Made by a program: the position numbers and the translations under genes. A DNA stretch of 25,341 bases from Candidatus Woesearchaeota archaeon (GTDB taxonomy: Archaea; Nanobdellota; Nanobdellia; SCGC-AAA011-G17; UBA489). Below the pieces are notes generated by a model. That model did no database searches. It was not told the origin of the DNA and saw only the letters and a program-made list of their open reading frames with translations. Location: positions 1 to 25,341 of the forward strand of contig CAYIFT010000001.1 of assembly GCA_964362765.1 (NCBI GenBank). The letters run 5' to 3'. This document shows, piece after piece, positions 1-7,118 of the stretch (position 1 is its first letter; each line of letters starts with the position of its first letter).

Positions 1-1
1 T

Positions 2-313
2 GGTAAGATTATCGGATTTACATCGTGTTTAACTTTCGATGAATTTTTATGGGCTGTTAAAAAAATAAAACCTGACTCATTTATAGACATGGGAAAAGAT
101 CTTTTAGATTTGAATATAAAGTTTATTGATGTTGATAAAATCATATTGCACCATGCTTTAGATATGATATTAAAATATAAATTAAAACCAAGAGATGCAA
201 TCCATGCTGCGACAATGGAGCTTAATAATATATATAATTTAATAAGTGAAGATTCTGATTTTGATAGAATTGATTGGATAAAAAGAAATGGCATAATGAA
301 TTTTAAAATATAA
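2..313 (+). CDS. vapC: PIN-domain (VapC-like) ribonuclease toxin, 5'-truncated by the window edge
   Basis: Frame is open from nt 2 (GKIIGFTSCLTFDEFLWAVKK...), well upstream of the track ATG at 89. It shows PIN hallmarks TSxLTFDE, LKPRDAIHAATM and ISEDSDFD. Confidence 0.85.
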   Translation, partial: GKIIGFTSCLTFDEFLWAVKKIKPDSFIDMGKDLLDLNIKFIDVDKIILHHALDMILKYKLKPRDAIHAATMELNNIYNLISEDSDFDRIDWIKRNGIMNFKI

Positions 314-317
314 TAAA

Positions 318-323
318 GGGGTG
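318..323 (+). promoter_or_regulatory. Shine-Dalgarno-like GGGGTG upstream of hjc
   Basis: GGGGTG lies 6 nt upstream of ACG-TCA-AAA-GCA-AAG-GGG at 330. It overlaps the GTG used as start in the ORF track. Confidence 0.45.
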
Positions 324-713
324 TTAAATACGTCAAAAGCAAAGGGGAGTAGAACTGAAAGAGAACTTCTTCATATGTTTTGGGAAAATGATTGGATGGC
401 TATTAGGGTAGCTGGAAGTGGAGTGATGCCTTTTCCTTGTCCTGATTTATTAGTCGGAAAGAAAGGAAAGTCTTTAGCTATCGAATGCAAATCTGGAAAA
501 ACTACAAGGTATATTGAGGAGAAACAATTAAATGAATTAATAGAATTTGCCAAAGGTTATGGAGCTGAATCTTGGTTTGGAATAAGGTTCAATAATATGG
601 AATGGAGATTTCTAAAACCTAAACAATTAGGAAGAAATAGTGGAAAGAATTTCTTTATTTCTAAAGAACTGGCTTTGAAAAAAGGAATTACTTTTAAAAG
701 ATTACTTAGATAA
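321..713 (+). CDS. hjc: Archaeal Holliday junction resolvase Hjc
   Basis: KGSRTERELL, RVAGSG, PCPDLL and AIECKS match the Hjc E...PD...ExK catalytic pattern. The start is uncertain (GTG 321 or ACG 330). Confidence 0.93.
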   Translation: MLNTSKAKGSRTERELLHMFWENDWMAIRVAGSGVMPFPCPDLLVGKKGKSLAIECKSGKTTRYIEEKQLNELIEFAKGYGAESWFGIRFNNMEWRFLKPKQLGRNSGKNFFISKELALKKGITFKRLLR

Positions 714-1352
714 AGGATTAAATAATATTTTTGGTCTTCCAGGAACAAAATGGTGATCTATACATCTTGCAACATATCTTCTTTCATTTCTTGGATTTTC
801 ATCTCCAACAATAATTAAAGGATCATTGTACGGAACTGGAGTATTATCAAGAAATAATCTTTGCGTATAATGCGCAGATTTACCACATCTTATACCATTA
901 TCTTCATAAGTACATATAGAAGTTTTATATATTGGTTCATGCGCCATTGCTATAATTTCTGCTATGGTTCTATCTGATTCACCTAATCTAAAAAGTTCTC
1001 CTCTAAAATCTGTATTTAGGAAATCGATAGGAATTATTCTACCATGATTATAAACTTGATCTTTAATAAACTCTATAATATCGGGAGGAAAAAACTGGCC
1101 TTCTCCTATACCAATGACTTGGGTTTCTGCTCTCAGGAGTTTGTATATTTCACTAGCATCATTTACGGGAGTTGCTGGAAATTCGGTACCACGACGTGAT
1201 CTTAAATTTGAACCGTGTCTAGGAACATCTAAAACGTGCTTAAAAGCCTGCACTATTCTTCCCTCAAGTTGAAAATCATCTAATCTTTTAATGTTTTCAT
1301 CTGTTTTACAAGCCCCTACAGGACCAAATATTGCTACTAAATTTCCCCCCAT
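702..1352 (-). CDS. tdk: Thymidine kinase (TK1-type) homolog with divergent Walker motifs
   Basis: GPVGACKT P-loop, VIGIGEGQFF, TDFRGELF, Zn/lasso SICTYEDNGIRCGKSAHYTQR and IIVG...YVARCIDHH appear in TK1 order. Confidence 0.85.
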   Translation of the reverse strand: MGGNLVAIFGPVGACKTDENIKRLDDFQLEGRIVQAFKHVLDVPRHGSNLRSRRGTEFPATPVNDASEIYKLLRAETQVIGIGEGQFFPPDIIEFIKDQVYNHGRIIPIDFLNTDFRGELFRLGESDRTIAEIIAMAHEPIYKTSICTYEDNGIRCGKSAHYTQRLFLDNTPVPYNDPLIIVGDENPRNERRYVARCIDHHFVPGRPKILFNPLSK

Positions 1353-1376
1353 AATTTCTATTCGGAATAAATGGAA

Positions 1377-1384
1377 TATTTATA
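1377..1384 (-). promoter_or_regulatory. Putative TATA box (TATAAATA) with BRE-like AAAAG for tdk
   Basis: Minus strand reads AAAAG-TATAAATA, ending about 25 nt before the ATG at 1352. This spacing fits a leaderless or short-leader transcript. Confidence 0.5.
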
Positions 1385-1507
1385 CTTTTATGTGGTATTA
1401 CATATATTTTATTTCGATTATACCATAAAATATCTATTTTTGTTAGAAATTTGGATTGATTTTCTTATATCTACTTAATAAAGAAGCTCTTATGTCAATA
1501 AAACCCC

Positions 1508-3064
1508 ATGAGGAGATTTATTTTGATCATCATATTTTTAATTTTAAGCCTTAATAGTGCTAATTCTTTAATTTACATCTCTGAAATTATGTATAATCCT
1601 GAAGGGGATGATAACAATAAAGAGTACATAGAGATATTCTCAAATGAGTCTATAAATTTAACAGATCTTACAGTTGAGGACCTTGAATCAAGTGACAATC
1701 TAGTACAGCTTTATTCTTCTAATTCATCTTATAATTTAATTGTAGAAGAATTGTTTAATTACAGTGGAATTAATGCGAGTATCTATTCTGTTGGAAGTAC
1801 TATTGGAAATAATTTGAATAATGAGGGTGACATTCTTTTATTAAAAAATAAAACAAATGGTAAGATTATTGACCTAATTATTTATAATAAAGATATTGGT
1901 GGAAATGGAAATAATAAAGCCTTATGCAGACTTGATCTAAATATATTTAAGAATTCTTTAATTGAGTGTAATTCAAGTGCGGGATTTGAAAATATTTTAT
2001 TTATTAATAACAATACAAATAATCCGAATAATGGTTCAAATAATTCTAATGTAATTGATGATTTTAGTGTAATAAAAATAAATGAGTTTATTCCTAACCC
2101 AGAAGGCAATGACAATGCCGTTCTTCCTGGAGGAGAGTGGATTGAGTTTTATAATTCAGGAGATTCTTCTTTGAATTTGGCTGGATTAAGTATCTATGAT
2201 AATAACAATAATAAAGTTTCAATATCTAGTACTAACACATTAGAAACAACAATAATTCAGGCTCATGGTTATTTAGTTGTTTACATGAATGGAAATTCTA
2301 TAATGAATAATATTGGATTTGAGAAAATAACTTTAAAAAATAATAATGAAGTAATAAATGAGTTAAGCTATTTTGATTCTGTGGAGGGAAAAAGCTATAG
2401 CAAAATAGATGATATATTTAGAATAACGGATCCGACTCCTGGTTCAGCAAATATATTTTTAGAAGAGAATAATTCAAGTAATACGATATCAAATCAAAAC
2501 AATAATAGACACTCAAACAGATTAAACTCTTCTTATATTGAAATCATAAAAATTGAATCGGGGAAGAATAAAGAGATTAAATTTGGGGATATAGCAAGAA
2601 TTAAACTTAATATATACAAAGGCAGAACAAGGAAGACTGCCGGAAAGATTTTTATAAAAGATATTGGTGTGCCGACGTATTTTAATCTTTACAATAATTA
2701 TGAGAATTATACCCTTATATTGCCGGTAATTCTATTTCAAAATTGCGACAATAAATTCAAGAATGGAAGTTATGAGTTAATGGCTGAGGCCTTTGAAGTG
2801 GGAGATTCGATTAATATTTCTATTGGCAGAAATACCCATTGCGATAAATATGTAAGTATACTAGATCCTGTTAAAGGTAGTACTAGCAATAATAGCATAC
2901 TATCAGAAAGTTTTATAAATTATAGAGATGAAGATAAAAAAATAGGATTAGTCTATAAATCAAGGGATGAAAAGGTTAAAGAATATGCTGTGTATTTTTT
3001 CATCACTGCATTGATATTAATATTTGGTTATTTTTTATTCCATGAAAGAAAATCTAAGGGTTAG
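1508..3064 (+). CDS. Secreted, C-terminally membrane-anchored protein with two lamin-tail (LTD) domains
   Basis: Signal peptide MRRFILIIIFLILSLNSANS. Two LTD starts, ISEIMYNPEG...EYIEI and INEFIPNPEG...EWIEFYN, and a PTPGSAN end motif. C-terminal hydrophobic segment AVYFFITALILIFGYFLF. Confidence 0.8.
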   Translation: MRRFILIIIFLILSLNSANSLIYISEIMYNPEGDDNNKEYIEIFSNESINLTDLTVEDLESSDNLVQLYSSNSSYNLIVEELFNYSGINASIYSVGSTIGNNLNNEGDILLLKNKTNGKIIDLIIYNKDIGGNGNNKALCRLDLNIFKNSLIECNSSAGFENILFINNNTNNPNNGSNNSNVIDDFSVIKINEFIPNPEGNDNAVLPGGEWIEFYNSGDSSLNLAGLSIYDNNNNKVSISSTNTLETTIIQAHGYLVVYMNGNSIMNNIGFEKITLKNNNEVINELSYFDSVEGKSYSKIDDIFRITDPTPGSANIFLEENNSSNTISNQNNNRHSNRLNSSYIEIIKIESGKNKEIKFGDIARIKLNIYKGRTRKTAGKIFIKDIGVPTYFNLYNNYENYTLILPVILFQNCDNKFKNGSYELMAEAFEVGDSINISIGRNTHCDKYVSILDPVKGSTSNNSILSESFINYRDEDKKIGLVYKSRDEKVKEYAVYFFITALILIFGYFLFHERKSKG

Positions 3065-3476
3065 GTCGATAATAGAAATCGTAGGTTCTCCAGAGAGCTA
3101 TGTAAATGAATTACTCGATAAAATAATCAGCAAAATAGGGGAAAGAAGGGAATTAATATTAAATGGCAAGGAAATTTTCAAAGCTGAACAGATTAAAGAC
3201 AAGCCTTTATGGAGCGGATTTTGTGATGTTGAAATGGATGTTGAGAACTTGGGGGTTTTGATGTCATTTTGTCTTGATTTCATGCCTAGTTCTGTTGAAA
3301 TTATTGAACCTGATACATTTTATTTACCGAATAGTAAATTGAATAATGTGTTCAATGACTTATTGGCCAAGTTACACGAGAACAATCTTAATTTGAGAAA
3401 TACACAAGCGCAGAATATATTGTTAAGAAGGGAATTAGGGAAGCTTAAGGGTGGGGAAGATGAGAAGAAAAAATAA
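3042..3476 (+). CDS. Hypothetical protein with a predicted alpha/beta N-domain and C-terminal coiled coil
   Basis: ATG at 3042 preferred over TTG 3024. Well-formed sequence (IIEIVGSPE...FMPSSVEIIEP) with a heptad-like C-terminus. It resembles uncharacterised archaeal proteins from memory, but I cannot name a family. Confidence 0.7.
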   Translation: MKENLRVRSIIEIVGSPESYVNELLDKIISKIGERRELILNGKEIFKAEQIKDKPLWSGFCDVEMDVENLGVLMSFCLDFMPSSVEIIEPDTFYLPNSKLNNVFNDLLAKLHENNLNLRNTQAQNILLRRELGKLKGGEDEKKK

Positions 3477-4718
3477 TTATTTTTTCTCAATACCTCTGAT
3501 ATATTCACCAAATGTTTTTTGTTTTATTGTCTTTCTTTTAGACAGATAATAAATTATAGCAAATATTAACAGCAATAAAATAAGTATTATCATCCATGTC
3601 TGCTTTGGCTTTTCAGGTTCAGGCGGCTTTGGAACAGTAAAATTTAAATCAATTATCTCCTTTTCTCCTTTTTTCTCTTCCTTCTTAGGTATAACAATTT
3701 CTTGTTCTCTTTCCTCTGCTGTTGCAGGTTCATCAACTATTTTAATATAAAGAGGGATAGAAATAGCATATGAATATGCATCAAATTCAATATATCCAGA
3801 ATATTCTGCTTGCTGGGGTAATTTATCCTTATTTATTGTTATCTTAACCTCTGCTGTTGCATTCGATGGGATATTCTTATCTGCTAATTCGACATCAGTT
3901 ATATCTTTGATATTCCCTGAAATTTTGTAAGCTAATGTGATTGGTTCATTCATGTTATTTCTTAAACTTAGATAACCGCTCACTGTCTGATCATTTTTTA
4001 TGGTTTTGTTTATTACAACTATATCTGATAAAAGCTCGAATGGTGCTATTTGTTCAGCTTCTTCCTTTGATTCTTCAATTTTGAATATAATAGGTACGAT
4101 ATACTGCTTATCTCCATAAGAAATCTTTAATTCATCAAATCTTGTTCTATTTAATGATTTAATTTTAAATTTGAATAGCCTTTCGGTATTTTGCTGTATT
4201 ATCTGAGATTGCGTATAAGGATGATCTAATAATTCATTAGCATCTATTTTTACAGATGTGGTTACTCCATTGTTTTTAACTTTGATACCGAAATTATTTG
4301 TATTTTTTTCTACATAAAGAAGAGCTGGTGATATAGACAATCTTTGCTCTGTACTTTTAACTGTTAGGTTAATTTCAAATGATTTTTCTGTAAGAATATT
4401 TTGCTCTTTGAATACAATGTCTTTCAATAATAATTTATATGATCCATCTTCCAATCCTATAGGTAAATTAAAATACAATAAGTACCTTTCTGAAATCTTT
4501 TTTAGAAACGGCGATATTGGCTTTTTATTATTATCCTGATCATAAAGAACTATGTTTAATGGCGTTATATCTTTGGCTGTATTATTGAAGAATAATTCTA
4601 ATTGGACTGTTTCACCTGGAGATAATTCTGATCTATATAATCTAAAATCAAAATTAGCAGATACGTTTAAAGAGTGTAATATTATTAAAATGATTAAACA
4701 TTTGAAAAATCTGCTCAT
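3477..4718 (-). CDS. Secreted, membrane-anchored protein with predicted Ig-like beta-sandwich domains
   Basis: Start moved to ATG 4718 (MSRFFKCLIILIILHSLNVSA signal peptide), 4 nt after the upstream stop. Beta-rich segments, a Glu/Lys/Pro linker, TM WMIILILLLLIFAIIYYL and a basic stop-transfer tail. Confidence 0.7.
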   Translation of the reverse strand: MSRFFKCLIILIILHSLNVSANFDFRLYRSELSPGETVQLELFFNNTAKDITPLNIVLYDQDNNKKPISPFLKKISERYLLYFNLPIGLEDGSYKLLLKDIVFKEQNILTEKSFEINLTVKSTEQRLSISPALLYVEKNTNNFGIKVKNNGVTTSVKIDANELLDHPYTQSQIIQQNTERLFKFKIKSLNRTRFDELKISYGDKQYIVPIIFKIEESKEEAEQIAPFELLSDIVVINKTIKNDQTVSGYLSLRNNMNEPITLAYKISGNIKDITDVELADKNIPSNATAEVKITINKDKLPQQAEYSGYIEFDAYSYAISIPLYIKIVDEPATAEEREQEIVIPKKEEKKGEKEIIDLNFTVPKPPEPEKPKQTWMIILILLLLIFAIIYYLSKRKTIKQKTFGEYIRGIEKK

Positions 4719-4722
4719 AAGA

Positions 4723-6495
4723 TTATATCTTCTTAAGAAGTTTTTTTGCTTCGTCAATAGACTTCTCTAATTCGTCTTCTACTTTTGATTTGAATGTGGG
4801 CTGCGAAGGTGGTGTGGGCCTGTATCCTGTCTTCGGTACTTCAAATGGCGATTTCGGCATAAATGTCTTTAATCCTGGTTTTTCTGATGGCTTTGATGTT
4901 CTTGTCTTAATGTAATAAATTATAACCCCTATTAGTGCGAGTACTATGAATATTGATATCCACCATGGGAATCCTCTTTTTTCAGCACATGTACAATCTG
5001 CTTGGCATCTTCCAGGACATGATGAATCTTCTCCTGTTTCTGTTGTAGGATCTATGTCACACTCCTCTGTTGCTTCTAAGATACCATTTCCACAGAATGC
5101 TGTTGGTTCTTCTGATTGACAGTCTTCAGGACATGATGAATAAGATTCTGATGAATCACATATTGCATCACCGCAAGTACAATCTTGCTCGCAGTTAAAA
5201 CTGTCTTCACCTTCACTTGTTTCGCATACGCCATTTACCTGGCATACTTCTGTTGTTTCTGTGGGACAATCTGATGGACAATTTTGATTATTTTCAAGAT
5301 TTTCTGCATTGCATATTCCATCGCCACAGAATCCAGTCGGAGGTTCTCCGCCTATTGGGGGAGGCAGAGAGACTACAGCATCCGGGAATGCTGCATACAA
5401 AACTAAGGCTGTTTTTAGAAGATTATTTTCCCAAGAACCATCTGCATTTTGTCTTGTTTGGAGCCATGAGACTGCTGCTTGTGCTTCTTCTATGTTTCCA
5501 GAATCGCTTAAAGCTAGAATTGCGAATGCTGTATCAAAGATAACCCGGTTGAAACTGCCGTCATTCTTTTGAAGAGGTTTAAGATCTATGATAAATTGCT
5601 CTCTTGATGCATCTCGAGCTATTAGGTACATTAATGCATTATCCAATGTTTTTAATTTATCATAATTATTCCTTAACCATAAGAATGTTGTTACATCTGA
5701 ACCTATTGTTGATAGTATCCAATTTGTGTATAATGTTGCTTCAAAATTACAAGACCCGCCTGCTGAATTTCCAAAACAACCATTTTCGATGATTACCTTA
5801 TCTCTTGAAGATGTAGCTTCTTTTATAATATAATAATTGCTGCCTGAGTTATATATTACAGAGATTATTGTGCTAGGGCCTAATTCATTACAATTGATAT
5901 CTAATTCTATTGAAGGGTTATTATTAAGAAGATTTGATTCGAGACAAGTGTTTAAGTTAAAGAATGTATTTGGAAAATTACCTGTACATCCTGGAAATTT
6001 GCCTTGATTAACTGCAACTGTTTTTTCTATATTATTATCCCCTCTTGTATATGAAATCTTACATGTTCCATTATTGGATGTTACAACTTCCAAGAACCAA
6101 TTATCTCTTAAAGCAGATGTCATGGAATCTCTTAAATATTCTTCTCCACCAGTTGTATCTTCTCCAAAATCATTCAATACCCATAAAGCAAATGCTGTAT
6201 CTTTAATCTTACAAGATCCTTGTGGCCAGCAATGTTTTGAAGTATCTTCCTTAGATTTAATAAAGTCTAAAGCTTGCTGAGCATGATCAATAGCGCCAAC
6301 ATTTTTTAAAGCCATTACAGCAAACGCTGTAGTCATTATGTCATTTCCATAATCACCATTTCTTGACTGAGAAACCAGCCAATTGTATCCTTTATTTGAA
6401 TCAAAATTAGGTGGTGGAGCTGTTTGAGCAGGTATAGAGATTGAGATTATAATTAAATTGATAATTACGAAAACAAGATTAACTGCTTTTTTCAT
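4723..6495 (-). CDS. Membrane-anchored surface protein with prenyltransferase/squalene-oxidase-type (alpha/alpha toroid) repeats and Cys-rich repeats
   Basis: Signal peptide. QW-like repeats WLVSQSRNGDYG, LQKNDGSFN and WLQTRQNADGSW, with xTAxAxxAL helices. Cys-rich CGDGIC/CGNGILE repeats, TM FPWWISIFIVLALIGVIIYYI and a Pro/Ser/Thr-rich cytoplasmic tail. Confidence 0.75.
   Translation of the reverse strand: MKKAVNLVFVIINLIIISISIPAQTAPPPNFDSNKGYNWLVSQSRNGDYGNDIMTTAFAVMALKNVGAIDHAQQALDFIKSKEDTSKHCWPQGSCKIKDTAFALWVLNDFGEDTTGGEEYLRDSMTSALRDNWFLEVVTSNNGTCKISYTRGDNNIEKTVAVNQGKFPGCTGNFPNTFFNLNTCLESNLLNNNPSIELDINCNELGPSTIISVIYNSGSNYYIIKEATSSRDKVIIENGCFGNSAGGSCNFEATLYTNWILSTIGSDVTTFLWLRNNYDKLKTLDNALMYLIARDASREQFIIDLKPLQKNDGSFNRVIFDTAFAILALSDSGNIEEAQAAVSWLQTRQNADGSWENNLLKTALVLYAAFPDAVVSLPPPIGGEPPTGFCGDGICNAENLENNQNCPSDCPTETTEVCQVNGVCETSEGEDSFNCEQDCTCGDAICDSSESYSSCPEDCQSEEPTAFCGNGILEATEECDIDPTTETGEDSSCPGRCQADCTCAEKRGFPWWISIFIVLALIGVIIYYIKTRTSKPSEKPGLKTFMPKSPFEVPKTGYRPTPPSQPTFKSKVEDELEKSIDEAKKLLKKI
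4987..5328 (-). repeat. Protein-level Cys-rich repeat array (CG[DN]GxC...E...NCPxDC-like), 18 Cys in 114 aa
   Basis: Units CGDGICNAEN...NCPSDC, CQVNGVCE...NCEQDC, CGDAICD...SCPEDC and CGNGILEATEECD. The last resembles the Myxococcus cysteine-rich repeat (DUF4215). Confidence 0.7.
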
Positions 6496-6501
6496 CAGAG
6501 A

Positions 6502-6507
6502 TACCTC
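6502..6507 (-). promoter_or_regulatory. Shine-Dalgarno GAGGTA for the toroid/Cys-rich protein gene
   Basis: Minus strand reads GAGGTA, 6 nt upstream of the ATG at 6495. Confidence 0.65.
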
Positions 6508-6557
6508 TTTTAGACAATATATTTAAATTGACTATTTATATAATTTTCGAGTTTGAA

Positions 6558-7118
6558 ATGCAATATTTAGCCAAAGGGAAGCGTGGAATGGTATTTTTAG
6601 CTAAATTGAATAACGTATTGGTTGCAATCAAGACAAAGAGACCAGATAGCAAGGCTTTGAATTCTATTAATAATGAAAGCTATTGGTTAAATAGATTGAA
6701 CAAACATGGAATAGGACCTAAATTGATTGACTACGGAGAGAATTATTTAGCAATGGAGTATGTCAAAGGAATAAGATTTGTTGATTATTTCAAAGAAACT
6801 AAAAATAAGAAGAAATTGAATAAGATAATAAAAGACATTTTTAACCAATGTTACAAATTAGACAAATTGAATGTTAATAAATATGAGATGCATAATCCTG
6901 TAAAGCATATTATTATTAGAAAGGATAAGGCTGTTTTGATTGATTTTGAAAGGTGTAAAAAATCAAGAAAGCCTAAAAATGTTACACAGTTTTGTCAGTT
7001 TTTGCTGAAATTAGGATTTAAAATTGATAGAAATGAATTAATTGGTTTATTAAAGAGTTATAAGGGGTCGTATAGTATTAAAAATTTTGATAACCTCTGC
7101 AAATTATTTTCTCTTTGA
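6558..7118 (+). CDS. Small archaeal atypical Ser/Thr protein kinase (RIO/Bud32-like superfamily, COG2112-like)
   Basis: ATG at 6558 preferred. Gly loop AKGKRGMV, VAIK, alphaC Glu (NNE), IGPKL, MEYVKG hinge and VLIDFE. Confidence 0.8.
   Translation: MQYLAKGKRGMVFLAKLNNVLVAIKTKRPDSKALNSINNESYWLNRLNKHGIGPKLIDYGENYLAMEYVKGIRFVDYFKETKNKKKLNKIIKDIFNQCYKLDKLNVNKYEMHNPVKHIIIRKDKAVLIDFERCKKSRKPKNVTQFCQFLLKLGFKIDRNELIGLLKSYKGSYSIKNFDNLCKLFSL

Noticed and set aside
1386-1430. Imperfect inverted repeat (TTTTATGTGGTAT ... ATACCATAAAA) in the tdk/LTD intergenic region
   Set aside because: It is gapped and very AT-rich, and no transposase or target duplication is present to suggest a MITE end. Likely chance.
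4723-6495. Calling this a squalene-hopene cyclase or an alpha-2-macroglobulin thioester protein
   Set aside because: It has no DxDD or GCGEQ motif, and it has a signal peptide and TM anchor. Only the repeat fold is supported.
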